DNA of 64,000 nt. Source: Tubulanus polymorphus. Taxonomy: Eukaryota; Animalia; Nemertea. The position numbers and the translations under genes were made by a program. The notes under the pieces were generated by a model that worked only from the letters and a program-made list of their open reading frames with translations, did not search any database and had not been told where the DNA came from. Positions 13,863 to 26,634 of this stretch are shown one piece after another (positions within the stretch are counted from its first letter, which is position 1; every line of letters starts with the position of its first letter). The stretch covers positions 4,000,485 to 4,064,484 of the forward strand of contig NC_134027.1 in NCBI RefSeq assembly GCF_964204645.1, given 5' to 3'.

Positions 13863-14325
13863 TGAGAAAACTCTAATGCGTTGCTGGATATTGGAGAACT
13901 CTAATGCGTTGCTGGAACTTGGAGAACTCTAATGCGTTGCTGGAACTTGGAGAACTCTAATGCGTTGCTGTAATTTGGAGAACTCTAATGCGTTGCTGGA
14001 ACTTGGAGAACTCTTACGCGTTGCTGGAACTTGGAGAACTCTTATGCGTTACTGGAACTTGGAGAACTCTAGTGCGTTACTGGAAATTGAAGAGCTCTAA
14101 TGCGTTGCTGGAACTTGGAGAACTCTAATGCGTTGCTGGAACTTGGAGAACTCTTACGCGTTGCTGGAACTTGGAGAACTCTAATGCGTTGCTGGAATTT
14201 GGAGAACTCTAATGCGTTGCTGGAACTTGAAGAACTCTAATGCGTTACTGGAACTTGGAGAACTCTAATGCGTTGCTGGAACTTGGAGAACTCTTGTGCA
14301 TGTTAAGACTTGGAGAATTCTTATG
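13863..14325. repeat. 28-bp minisatellite, ~16 copies
   Basis: Unit GAGAACTCTAATGCGTTGCTGGAACTTG, with variant units such as CTTACGCG. Confidence 0.95.
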
Positions 14326-15370
14326 TGTGTGCAACTGACCCTGTGTATGAACATGTGTGTTCAATTTGAGATTTATTTGATTTATTTATTTTGATTTAAA
14401 TAAAACAAGTTAGAATATCTTTGATCGTTTCTAAAGAATTGTTGATGTTGTTTTGATGTGGAACTGAAATGCAGCAGTCAGTTCTGTAGTGTGTTTGGAT
14501 ATTGACACGACATGATGACTGACCTTGATTTCTTCGTGTTGACTCCTTCCTGTCCGTGTTTGTTAATTACACTGCGTCTTAACTCGTTTGTTTTTTTAAA
14601 CACATATTTATTTCTATGAAATAACATGAGGATTTGTAGAGGAGCTGTATTCTGAACTTGGTGTAGAATAGTAAAACGAGGTGGATAGTACTTAACCAGT
14701 TTTATCTTGTCTTATTTGTTACATTGATGAATATACTGATTTTATGGTGCTTAATTGGTTTATAGGGCTTGTGATTGGTGTTTGATAATTGGTTGACGTC
14801 TTTGTTTACTTATAAATACATATTGATCTATTGAACTATTAATCACGACAACTAAAACCTATTCGTGGTTTAGTTGTTCATTGCAAAGTGTTTGTGTTGT
14901 TTTTCTGTCATCTACAGTTGACTCTGCTCTCGCCCTCAGGCTCGAATCACACTGATTATGGACATATAAACTAAAACTAAATCTAGTTTATACATCCATG
15001 CAATAATCAAGTATAATATCACAACGACTCGGACACTTTCAACTCAATCTTTTGAAATTCTATTGTCTACAGTCAATCACCTGTACTCACTTGTTTTAAT
15101 TGATTTTAGTTCGGAAAACTCGGGCTGCTCATTTACATTTAAACTTGATAGTCCAGATTATATTTTCCAGTTTATGTTAACACATCAAGTGTAATGATAT
15201 ATACTTAATGTAGCCTATCTTACTGGTCTCAGTAAAGGCGAGCCGGTTTACTGTAGTGTCTGTCACCTTACCCCAGACCTGCTGGAAGGATTACAATGTA
15301 ATTAGAAAATGAAGATTACAGAGAGCAGATTGATACAGCTGTTAGTACTGTGTGCATTTAACATTTTTGT

Positions 15371-16439
15371 GTGTCCCATTAATTGCAATACATAAAGAAC
15401 TGCCTGTCTTTCAAACCCCTTGAGATATATCAGCCAAATCTCCAGGAGAGATGGACTACAATAATACTTTTAAAATCAAATTAGTTTACAAAATATGCTA
15501 GATGGGCGAACCTTTCAATTCTATTACATGATTCAGTCTATTGTAGACATTTCTCTGTACGTTGACAATCACCTGTGTTATTGCAGATGTTTCTCTTTAA
15601 ATCATTAATAGTTTCTGGTTTGTTTTGGTACAATGTGTCCTTCGGCTAGCCCCACAAGTAAAAGTCCAGTGGATTCATGTCAGGCGAGTGTGGGGCCCAG
15701 TCGTTAACAGTTTGGAGCGCTGAGATTCACCGAAATGCCTATGCAGAACATCAATTGTTTTGCGTGCTGAAAGACATTGCGCACATCCTGTTGGAACCAC
15801 ACTGGATTGAGACTTCCTCTAGACATCTACAATGTTTTGTAATGGAGTAATGAATCGTCATCTTATGATAGCCGGCTCCATTCATAGTCAGCATTTCCTT
15901 TTTGGCAAAAAAGTAAGGCCCGATTATAGGCCCTCTGATATTGACCTACTGCATGGCAAATCTTCACCCAGCACTGGCAGTGGTTGTCTCCACCAGTGAT
16001 CTCCGTCGCTCTACGATCCTAGTGTAACCAACAACTGTGGTACATCAGACACTAAGATTCTTGGTGAAGGCAAATCGAAAGATCACACACACACTTCTTG
16101 ATGCCATTAAGTGGCTTCTCTGCAATCAAAGGGATTCTTGACCCCAGAATCTATGGTTCAGACTGACAGAAAGATTTGGTTTCCTAAAACCAGCATACCA
16201 TCTAGGCTTTTTGATTCAGATACAGTCATGATTTAAAAGTGATCTATTCTAAATCAGAATTACACAAAATCACTACAACATTGTAATCAGTTGCTAGGAA
16301 ATCACCAAGCATATTACCATAGCAACCACGATAATAATCAAAAAGTACCGTTACATCCTATCATTTGGTGGAAAATCGAAACATTTCATTAAGAAATGTG
16401 GGGGATACAGGCTTTTTTGTATAGTAATTAATGGGACAC
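15371..16439 (-). mobile_element. Decayed Tc1/mariner-superfamily transposon with transposase remnants
   Basis: TIRs GTGTCCCATTAATT at 15371 and AATTAATGGGACAC ending at 16439. Minus-strand fragments IGPYFF, WFQQD and DWAPHSPDMNPLDFYLWG* (SPDLNP motif) are broken by stops and frameshifts. Confidence 0.85.
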
Positions 16440-16538
16440 CATGAGAACGCATTGCGTTAGAAATAAAATGATATGGAGGAACATGATATGCTGTAGGAAA
16501 GGTGGACTATAAACAAAAGAGAGGTCACTACACTATAC

Positions 16539-16665
16539 AGGGGTGTCCCGGGTTCGAACCCAATAATAATTACTGACACTGATTCAGAGTGGTCCTGATG
16601 CTGAATATAGGATGTATAGAGGTGTCCCGGATTCGAACTCAGTAATTACTGACACTAATTCAGAT
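16539..16665. repeat. Diverged tandem duplication (~81-bp spacing) with a Pol III B-box-like motif
   Basis: GGTGTCCCGG(G/A)TTCGAAC..TAATTACTGACACT(G/A)ATTCAGA occurs twice. Confidence 0.6.
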
Positions 16666-17743
16666 TCAGCATTTTCCAATTCAACGAAGAATCGTTTCCC
16701 AAACATTGAGAGGCCGTGCATCAACTTGTGTATCGTAATCTAAATCCAGCGAGCATATTTTTCGCACTGTTATTTTTCACGATCAACCTCAAGTTAGGCA
16801 AAAAAGGTTTTTTGTATTGTCATTTCGGTTAAAAGAGAATCACTGCGATCGACCTACAAATTGAATCAATTTTAGGTGCTACGGCAATTTTCAATGATAT
16901 CCAGTAGGTCAGGACACAGATCTCCACAATTTGAATACCATCTGATGATTACTCCAGGTAATCATCTACTAATGATTACGTTTTGCTAATAGTCTAATTT
17001 TCGGCGATTTTCCGACCGAGATAAAACTCCGGCGACAGTGAATTGTAAATCAGGATTGACTCTCGGAGACTTATCAATACAATACAACTGGTAAGACTAT
17101 CCCGCTATCCGATCAATCAGCCCTAACTTAGGCATGCATCTCTAACTCAAATGCTATATTATACAGAAAAGATACAAAATGTATTGTTCTCATTCAAAAT
17201 CATTACATAGAAAAGGCTAGTTAAAAAGACTTTCAAAAATCTCTATTGCTAAATCTGACGTGTGCACGGGCTACAACTGTGACGCCCTCCATAAATGGTC
17301 TAACGGCCGGTTTCGTTGTGGCTTTACTTCTACGTTTGTTATGTGGCCGCTCCACCGGTACATTTTCGACTCCAGATGCTTGTGAGGATTCAATAGGTTC
17401 GTCTTCGTTACGCAATGATGTCCACTTCCCTAAAATATCAAGGTACTATTTCAAGCCTGAAATTGATTATTTTATTCGGTCAGTCCTTGATTCAAATTCT
17501 ACTATTGCTGCTTACTTTTTATTGTTCGTATAAGTGCTGAAACAGGATTCTTAATCCTAGGAAAACAACCACCCTCTCTCAAACTATATCCGTCCATTGG
17601 CCTTGAAATTTAAGAGGATAATAATGATAATTTTATTTCCACAATAAATTACAACATGTCATAAAGAGATATACGAGAATATACAAATATGGATGTAATA
17701 CCATATGCTCATTACTCATTCGTAGATAGAAGCAACAAGAACT

Positions 17744-17903
17744 CAGTCAACACCCGATATACCGCCCACATCGGTGCAGAACGATTTCGGCGGTATAGAG
17801 AGTATGGCGGTATATCGGGGATGTTTTACTATGTATTTGTATGGAGAGGTATTTTGAGAAAACCTGGCGGTAAATGGGAGGGCGGTATATCGGGGGTTGA
17901 CTG
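17744..17903. mobile_element. pogo/Tigger-like MITE (160 bp)
   Basis: TIRs CAGTCAACACCCGATATACCGCCC / GGGCGGTATATCGGGGGTTGACTG followed by TA, plus an internal copy of GGCGGTATATCGGGG. Confidence 0.75.
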
Positions 17904-18466
17904 TAGTGCCAAAATACACATTTTACCATATTTCTACGTTTTCGTTGACATCTTTGTCCATGATGGTGATGCTGATATCAGTTGTCACGGTGATCTTGCG
18001 TTACCAAGGATTTTGACACTCAATTGTCTCATTAATCATAGAATCATTGATTTGTTCTCAATATTCATATTTATCAATTATCCAGTATTTGAACGAAATC
18101 ATTGAAATAAAAGAAGGTTTTGTATCCACTCGGATTACATAAATGCTATTAATATATGAGGGTTTATTACACCACCGACAGCATGATGGGCACAGGCGTG
18201 TTTGCAAATGACGACGTTACGGACACTGGACAAAACAAAAGCAATTGATTTCATACGTCATCTATGACTACGGCGCAATACAATATATAGTATACATGTA
18301 CGTGGTGACAGTTCTAGTATCTTACTCGTAATCCAGCGTTCGTTATATCAGTTTGTACCGTTACTTTCAAGGTTGTCTAATAGCGCTACAAACCTACGCG
18401 TGAACTTTTCACTTTCGATTATAGTCAGATAGAAAGACCGACCGGCTCGTTTTGTTTATATTCGCT

Positions 18467-19823
18467 ATGACTACACCCACTCCGCTTGACACAGTTCTTC
18501 AACCGGGTCATCAAATAACAAGGTAAGATAATCCTATGACAGGATAAGACTCATAAAATGATGAATCTTCCGCTGTAAAAAACTTTCGAATTAACAAGTT
18601 TTATATCATTTTCAGTGTTATCGCTGGTGTGGTCAGTAGTGTTGGCGTCGTTTTTTCTGTCCTAGCATTTTATCTTTATTGGTACCGAAATTATCAGTGC
18701 GATTGCTTTAAGGCAAATCAAATCAACCCGGACGAATCAGCAGGTAAAATGAACTTTGACACAATTTGTTTCGAAAAATTTTCGAATAATCATTAGACCC
18801 AGATCATAAATGAATACGTACATCTAAATCATTTTTGTTTTTCTCACAGAAAACATACCCGCTGCAGTAAGTCAACTGGCCCAAGAAGTTAAAGACCATC
18901 AGAAGATTTTTATTAATGATAATTCAGTGGAGCCAGTACGTCATTTAGGTGTTATTCACCAGTCGCAATATGAACCTGTTTTTCCGGCACCACCCGATTA
19001 CAAACTTAGAAAGCCAAAACCATTGAGATCTGCAAACGAAGCATTCCAAAAAGCCGGGCGTTTGGTCTCGACATTGAATACGTTCTTGCAATTATCCGCC
19101 GAAAGATCACCGCGGTTACACCGGCCATCTTTAGGAGTTGTTGACGAGACTGTCGAACATGTTGTTTCTGCTGGGCAACAACTGCGAGAATCGCCTAATT
19201 CCGTAGCCACGCCGGGATATGCGATTTCGAGAAGCTTCGAAATGCAATCACCCATACGTCCACGTCTGAAACGGACAGTATCGGCTCCTATTTTAGTGAC
19301 GGTCACATCAGAAGCTGGTGTCACAAACGAAGCCCTCCATGTTGGTTGTATTATAATGAAAGAGAGTAAAAAAGAGTCACATGGAAAAAATGAACAAAGT
19401 GCCACAGCTTGTTGTTTGGATAATGGCTTCCTGTTAAATCGTGAACATATCGATCGGCGCGCAGGAACTGGTTCTAACTCGCTGCTTCCTGTTGATAGAG
19501 AGGGACTCGGCGATGTTGAGTCGGTAATCGAACTGGCAGCTGACAAATCGGATATAGATGAAAAACCATCGATGATTTCGACACCTTCAGAAATGAACAG
19601 CGTCAATTATAATCTCGACAGATCAGTGAACAGAGAGGATAGTGTTTTAGAAAACGAATTGAACGTAACGCATCGCGATGACGGTAGTAGGTGGGATAAG
19701 ATTCGTAAATTAGTAAATCACACTAAGTTTGAACCATCGGATAGTGAAAATAGTTCGATAGCATCGATTTGTTCAAGTCGTAGATCATCCGTCGAAATAG
19801 ATGGTGGAATGAGTGCCATATGA
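18467..19823 (+). CDS. Uncharacterised single-pass membrane protein with a long disordered tail
   Basis: Exons 18467-18522, 18616-18743 and 18850-19823 join in frame. TM helix VIAGVVSSVGVVFSVLAFYLYWY. Tail is S/P/R-rich, with PPDY and RRSS motifs. Confidence 0.7.
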
Positions 19824-20834
19824 GGAATTACAGCGACAATTTTGAATATGAGGATAACGATGTAAATTCGATTGGTGACGATAGAAATAAACACGAGATT
19901 TGGGAAACATCGAAAATGGCCCAATTTATTTGGGAAATGGCCCAATTTATTTGGGAAAATGCACCAATCAACGAGGGGCTACCGAAAGGTCTATCTAATT
20001 CGAGTTGGTCGTTGTCGTATATGGAACGATTCTGCATTCGTTCTTGAATTTGATTGCATATTTGAAAGAAAGCCGGTTTATTGTTGAGTGTAGATTCACG
20101 CTCTGATAATCATTTTATGTTTTTTTTTTCAAACCATTCAATTGAAAAGAGCACGGTTATATACGTATTCGATTTGGATTTTCTTAAGTATTTCAGTTGA
20201 ACACAAACGATTTCGTTGCCCTGTTGCGTAAATTGGGTCTCCGAACAATTTCACAAGCTGCAATAACTACAAGCTGGCATGGCCACCGTTCCTGGGAATG
20301 AAATAGATTACAAAGGTCTGTTACGCGAACATCACGTTTACATTAATAAATTAAGCATGCGCACTATTCAAGAACAGAGCGCGAACCCGTTGTTCTACGT
20401 TTAACTTAGTTTGAAGTTTGAACCTAATTGACTGAGGTCATTGTCCAATTGGGAAATATACCATCATGATTCGATTCACTGCCGCGTCGCTCTACTGGTG
20501 CGTGTTCGTATTCAGCTAGAAAGTGGAGAAAATTCTCATAAAAAATCTGCGATTTATTTGGCGGTGTTATTCTCAAGCTTTAACAGACCATGGTTCCCAC
20601 GCATGCTCGAATATTCAATTAGCCTTCATCGGAAACATCGATATCTTGTGCGACATATCACCGGTCGTCAATATATTCGTGTATCGCGTAGTTTGATATA
20701 CGCCATGATCTAAGATGTTGGCAAATTCTTCGTGTTTTGTATTAGTGATTTTCTATTAAGGTGATCTATGAGGAGAACGAATACACGTCGCGCATTATTG
20801 GAACCATCGAGGATAGCCGAGAATTAGATAAATT

Positions 20835-23726
20835 ATGATGACGAGTAAATCTACTGCCAATAGATGGGTTATTGTGACAGTGTCTTTCGTCGGTTTATTT
20901 CTCGTTGGAGGAGTAACGTATACGCCGGGTATCTTCTACGTCGAATGGCTGGATTCATTCGGTGAAGGTTCAGCCATTACATCAATCATTCCGTCGTTGA
21001 ACCTTGGACTATACAATATTACAGGTCAGTAAAAAGATTTCTAACAGAAACTCGTCGTCAATCTCAATATCGATGTGATGTGATACGTACGCAAAATCCT
21101 TTTAACATTTTATCTATCCATCCATCCATCCATCCATCCATCCATCCATCCATCCATCCATCCATCCATCCATCCATCCATCCATCCATCCATCCATCCA
21201 TCCATCCATCCATCCATCCATCCATCCATATTTTTTGTTTATTAAAAGAGATTGAAATATGTTTTTTTTTAGTAGGCTATCGCGATGATGTAAAGTATGA
21301 ATATTTGATGGTTTTCATTTTCAGCCGCAGTTGGTAGTATTCTCGTGTCTCGGTTCGGCTTCAAATGGGTGCTGATATGTGCCGGGCTTCTATCTTCAGC
21401 TGGTATGGTTGTATCATCATTCGTTCATGATGCGTATTTGCTCATGTTCACTTTTGGCATAGCTACCGGTAAGTCTTTGAGACGGATCTAGGTAAAAATC
21501 CCGTATTAGGTAAAAATCCCCAATTCAAGAACACTTCAAAGCAAGATATTCTTCCAATTCTCATTTATTATCATTTTTTCGTGTATATCTGCCTTTCTGC
21601 TAGTATCAAAATGAAGAATGAATGAAATCTAGAATATGAACTTATTATTTGATTGATAATCTTTAGATTCAAACTCTAATCTGCTTGAACTGCGCGATGT
21701 ACTTTTTCTAACTTGCGATATATAAATATATATATATATATTTCACTGTACGATGCGATAAACTTTTAATTTGTAATGGTTTTGAAATTCAAACTGTAAT
21801 AGACATATAAGAACTGTGCGGTGAACTCATTTTAACTTGTAATATTTGAGCCGTGCGATAACTTCTAGTATTCATGAACTTTAAAATTTGTACAATGTTC
21901 ACGGTGTTCTTACGTAATAATGATAATAACAATAATGATTCATTCGCTGATATAGCGCACAACTATGAAAATAATCGCCGCGCTTTACATAATAAAAACG
22001 ATAGATAACCACATAAAAAAGGGTCATACCCATTCGCATTTGAAATATACACGTCTAAAAAGGTAAGTTTTAAGATGACGCTCAAAAGTTTCGACGAATT
22101 TAGTCTCTCTTAAAGACTAGGAAGACAATTCAAAAGTTTCGACGAATTTAGTCTCTCTTAAAGACTAGGAAGACAATTCCAGGCTCTGCTGCCAATGATA
22201 TGTTTAAGCGCATGTACGACCAGGCGTGTGTAATCCTGTAAAAAATTTGAGGGATTTTTACAACCAGTGTATACGCCAGTAGATCGACCGACCGTAATTA
22301 TAATTTGTATTTTTTAAAGCATGCATAAACCCGCGAGGGCAATCACCCTTTTGTATTGTCATGCACTATAGAATTATATTATACATATTTAAAGAATCAA
22401 TTTGAATAGTTGGGTGGGTAAACTACACAATTACATATCCTAACCCAAGTAGATGCGCCGAGCCGTAAAAATCCCCGATTCAAAGTATGTAAAAATCCCC
22501 CACTTTTCGCTTGGAATGTAAGTAGATACAATTTATTCATATCGATAGAGGTCATTGCACAGTTCAAATATAAATTTAGCAGTTTTATAGCAAATGAATA
22601 GAATAGGAGAAATATCTTGCAATGTCTTCGTAGGGATTTTTACCTACTTTGAAGATTTGGGGATCTTAACCTATGGGGATTTTTACCTACAACTAGATAC
22701 GCTCCCAACATAACAATATGCAATGTTCGCAGTATATAATGTAAACTATATATTTTACATTTCTTTCTAGGTGTCGGATTTGGTGTATGTTTTATGGCTT
22801 TTGGTCTCGCCCCGGCGATATTATTCCCCGAGAAGCAGTCTTTATATACAGGTCTAGCTATGTCAGGGTTAGGCTGCGGAACAGTAATTATGCCCATAAT
22901 CATGGAAGTTACGATAGAGATATACGGTAGCTGGCGAGCTCCTATGTTGATAATCGGTGGTTTGATGCTTAACATATGCGCATGCGGGGCGCTGCTACCA
23001 GCAGGAAGACCTCGGACAGACCATCCCCCAGACAAGCCGAAATCTATTGACCAATACGAAGACGATAAACGTTCAGTATTCCACCTAGAGATGTTTACTT
23101 CCGTATCATACTTATTATTAATTCTGCATGGTATACTGTTTGCCACAGGGCTATCGGTAATGTACGTTCATATCGTCGCCCTGGTACAATACCAAACTCA
23201 CACGACAAAGTTCATGGCTAGTATCCTGATGACTTGTTTCGGCATTGCACGATTTCTCGGTACGATTGGACATGGATTTATTGGTCAATTAAAGAGTGTT
23301 AATATTGTTATTCAATGTATTGTTGCATATATCATCTGTGCAGTTTGTCAAATTCTTATGCCTTTTATAACAAGCTACCCAGCAATGTTAGCTGTCACAT
23401 GTATTGCGGCCTTCATGTTTGGTCCGTATGGTAGCATAAACATACCTATGACGTCAAACATTGTTGGTATCGAGCGCATATCACATGGATACGGCTATTT
23501 TTGCGTAGGATGTGGCTTAGCGTCAATCGCTGGTGCGCCGATTGCTGGGGTCCTTTTCACTGTGACAGACCAGTATAGCACATCATTCTATTTCACCGCC
23601 GCCGTTGTGCTTATGTCAGCGCTTGTTCTTCTTCCAGTATGTTGGAATGACTTTAAAAAGCGTAGATTCCCCTCAAAATTGGAAAAGGTAGAAGCCTCTG
23701 ATGTGCTAATCCTCGAAGGAATTTGA
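20835..23726 (+). CDS. Monocarboxylate transporter family (SLC16/MCT, MFS) protein
   Basis: Exons 20835-21024, 21325-21468 and 22771-23726. [26 protein letters not shown] loop, [42 protein letters not shown]; about 12 hydrophobic segments. Confidence 0.9.
21112..21228. repeat. (ATCC)n microsatellite
   Basis: About 28 ATCC units in MCT intron 1. Confidence 0.97.
21486..22697. mobile_element. Non-autonomous TIR element (~1.2 kb) in MCT intron 2
   Basis: Reiterated TAGGTAAAAATCCC at the left end and GGGATTTTTACCTA at the right end. Similarity extends to GCAAGATATT/AATATCTTGC. Internal 48-bp tandem duplication at ~22083-22179. Confidence 0.7.
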
Positions 23727-25201
23727 TATAATTGTACAAATAAGCTTATTTATTTATTTATTGTTGGTGTTTGCGCGTATGACTTCTTTGAAACGCGTGA
23801 AAACAAGGAGGCAAGTGCTCCATTATTTGTTGAAAGTGTTCGCACGACGTTAAGGTACCGAATGCGATTACGAGTGGAATGATAACGTTTTGATGTTGAA
23901 CTATTAAACGTTTTGATGTCAAACTATTAAAGACTTAGAGATTAAACTTTTTCATGAAATTTTACCCTTAGCAAAAAAGGATTATTTTCTTAAATCCTAA
24001 CATCATGCAGATCTGTTTTGTGTCATCCAAGTTATTTCATGCTTGATTTCTTCCTAACTTACATGCCGAAAACGATATTTTCTTGGGGTGGTTCTGTCAG
24101 GTTTTCTGTTTGTTTACTATTTATCATTGATTTTCATCGTTATTCGGTATAGTTGTTGTTAATTGCGAATATTTTGCTACTTTTTTTAAGGGAAATGATA
24201 CTTGTGAATTATGAATGACATCTCAAAATTGATACACACGATCAGACCCGCTGAGATAGAAGCGTGTTTTCAATACGATAATCCTACTATTTTGCTCAAA
24301 CGCTTTTTACATTATTTAGGACTACTTTTTTTTCGTTTATACGCAAGTAATGAAAAAGTTACCGTACACGTGGTATCATATCATAAATACACTTATACAC
24401 ACTTTGTTGAATAAAAGGAGAAATTTTTCATTCTTGTCATTTGTCTCTATCTATCGTGGTGAGAGAACCGGTTCAAAAGCCCCACTGTTCGTTTCAGACC
24501 GAGAACAGCCTTCAACAGGTTTCGGCTTCGTGAAAATGAGCGACAACAACCTTAAGAAAACTTCAAACAATGAATTTTACTAGAGTATCTTGAGTGATTT
24601 ATTATTTTTGCGGCAGATTTAGCGACTACGCCTAATATTGCTGAATGCGAGACTGCAATTCTGTATCACCGAATGAAAAATAGCATATTGCAGGAAAGAA
24701 TATTCAAAATTCTAACTAGATCCAACATAATGATCCACGAATACGACCGATTTATTCCTAATGACGGAATTCAAATGTACAATATCAAAATACCTGCATA
24801 AATATCGAGAGAAATTAATTTGAAAGGAAGCACGAGGTTAAATATACCAGAAAATGTTAATACATACAGTATAAATCAAACTGCATTTACTGCATATGAA
24901 TGAAAGTTGACACAGATTCGAATTTAAGCGCATGTATTTGAATTAGAAATGCTGAATATGAAATCCGATTAAAATGCTGGAGAGGGAAGGAATTTTGCAT
25001 AGAATATTTTTCATAACCTCGATTAACCGTTATGAATTCTGTACTATCCATCGTTCGTTTCTCCCTCAGTAGAAAATAGGCATTCACCACGTCATCAGAA
25101 GCTAGATACGCAAAGCATATATTGATTGATATAATCTGAAATTCGGAATTGGTTTTTTGTTGGCTTTTTCATTTCTCGTTGTTTTTCGACAGAGTGAAAA
25201 T

Positions 25202-26634
25202 TTATATGTTGAATAATGCGATAAGAGCCAATGATACCACTGTAAGGATACTGATGGAATATCCTCGACATGCGGCGCATTCGACACTTTTGAGCGCCTC
25301 GAAGAGTTCAACGTTGCGCTTCTTCTGGAAAAGATTTATCTGCGCCATGTTCGGACATTTCTCGTCTGTTAGCGCCTTCAGACACGATAAGGCTGTGGTG
25401 ATTTGGCTGAAATACACACGATTAGAATACAGTTTCAGGTGCCTCATGTTATGCCTGTCAATGCAGTCTTTTCTATCACATTCGACCAGAAATCAACCGA
25501 CAAGAGATTATATACCGATGAAACGATATATGCTTACAAGCAACTGGTCGAGGCTTTGGGTACTTGACATTTTCTGATTTCGGCTATGTTAGCGGTTATA
25601 CAATCCGTCGCCTGCACTATATCTATATTGATTAAATGACAAACAGTATTCATTTAACAATTTTAGGATTTTGAACCTCAAAAAGATATTATACGCATAG
25701 ATAATGATTATACTATAGTTTCACTTGTGAAATCCAAAATAATCATAGCCGATGACTAAAAACTCCCAGTAGAACTTACCGTCCATCTTATCACATTGGA
25801 ATTGAATGAAATTCTTGATTTCCTTGGTTTTTTTCGGCAAATCTTTGCTCTCAGTCGGGCATTTTTCAACAAAATCATCCGTGCACTGAAGATACTTTTT
25901 CAAACTAGCTAGATTCGGTTTGAAACCACTGAAAAAATAAATGAATTTTCAATGAGGAAAATGAAATTCATTAAGGTTAAGTGAGATCTCGGTAATAAGA
26001 AAAAACTAGCCATTAGTTTGGATCGAGAAATCCAGATTGATCCAGATAAGATCTATCTATTTCTGAAGTTGCAGAAATGCGCGAAACGTTCAAACCACTA
26101 TTTTTTTTTGTTTGTATTCGTGGGCTTTTTTACTCCTTGATTCAAATGTCAATATATCGATACACCAATAAAATCAAATTACATGCCTTGAATCGTAATT
26201 GAAATTTTTTCACCCATGGATGTGATTATTTTTACCTCGTGCACTTCGTTTCCAAATCAGTGACGTACGCCACAAGGTTTCTACTCGTCAGTGGTTTTAG
26301 ATGGGTAACCGCTTTTGTAATATGCTTCTCTGCTGCACTCAGTTCCTGTGCCGTCTCAACTCCCAAGCATGTCATGAAACTTTCCTTACTCGCGCAGTTA
26401 TAATTTGCATCCACCGCTCGAGTGTAAATAACTGAAAGGTAAAAGTTTTCGCTCGAAACTGTGAATTTTACGCGTGACCCCGAATTTCGCATGGCATATA
26501 TATCGTGTGAGACTCGAACGTATCTCGTGTAGGTGAAGAGTGAATCTTTTTCAAAATCATAAAGAAGAAGAGAATACACCTACTATCTTACCATAAAATA
26601 TGATAACTAGAAAAACAGCCGATAAGGCACCCAT
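25202..26634 (-). CDS. Secreted cysteine-patterned helical protein with hydrophobic C-terminus (probable GPI anchor), ~225 aa
   Basis: Phase-compatible exons 26634-26592, 26431-26236, 25928-25780, 25622-25538 and 25406-25202. Signal peptide MGALSAVFLVIIFYVIYTRA, C-x7-C pairs (CTDDFVEKC, CLKALTDEKC-like), tail SISILTVVSLALIALFNI*. Confidence 0.75.

Noticed and set aside
13863-14325. CRISPR-like 28-bp repeats
   Set aside because: Head-to-tail units with no unique spacers, no cas genes and a eukaryotic context: a minisatellite.
17689-18105. 138-aa plus-strand ORF
   Set aside because: Largely spans a MITE and has no recognisable protein features.
18998-19606. 202-aa minus-strand ORF
   Set aside because: Antisense shadow of the long plus-strand exon.
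21080-21337. ORF with SIHP repeats
   Set aside because: Translation of the intronic (ATCC)n microsatellite.
22640-23146. 168-aa minus-strand ORF
   Set aside because: Antisense to the MCT exon and runs into a transposon TIR.
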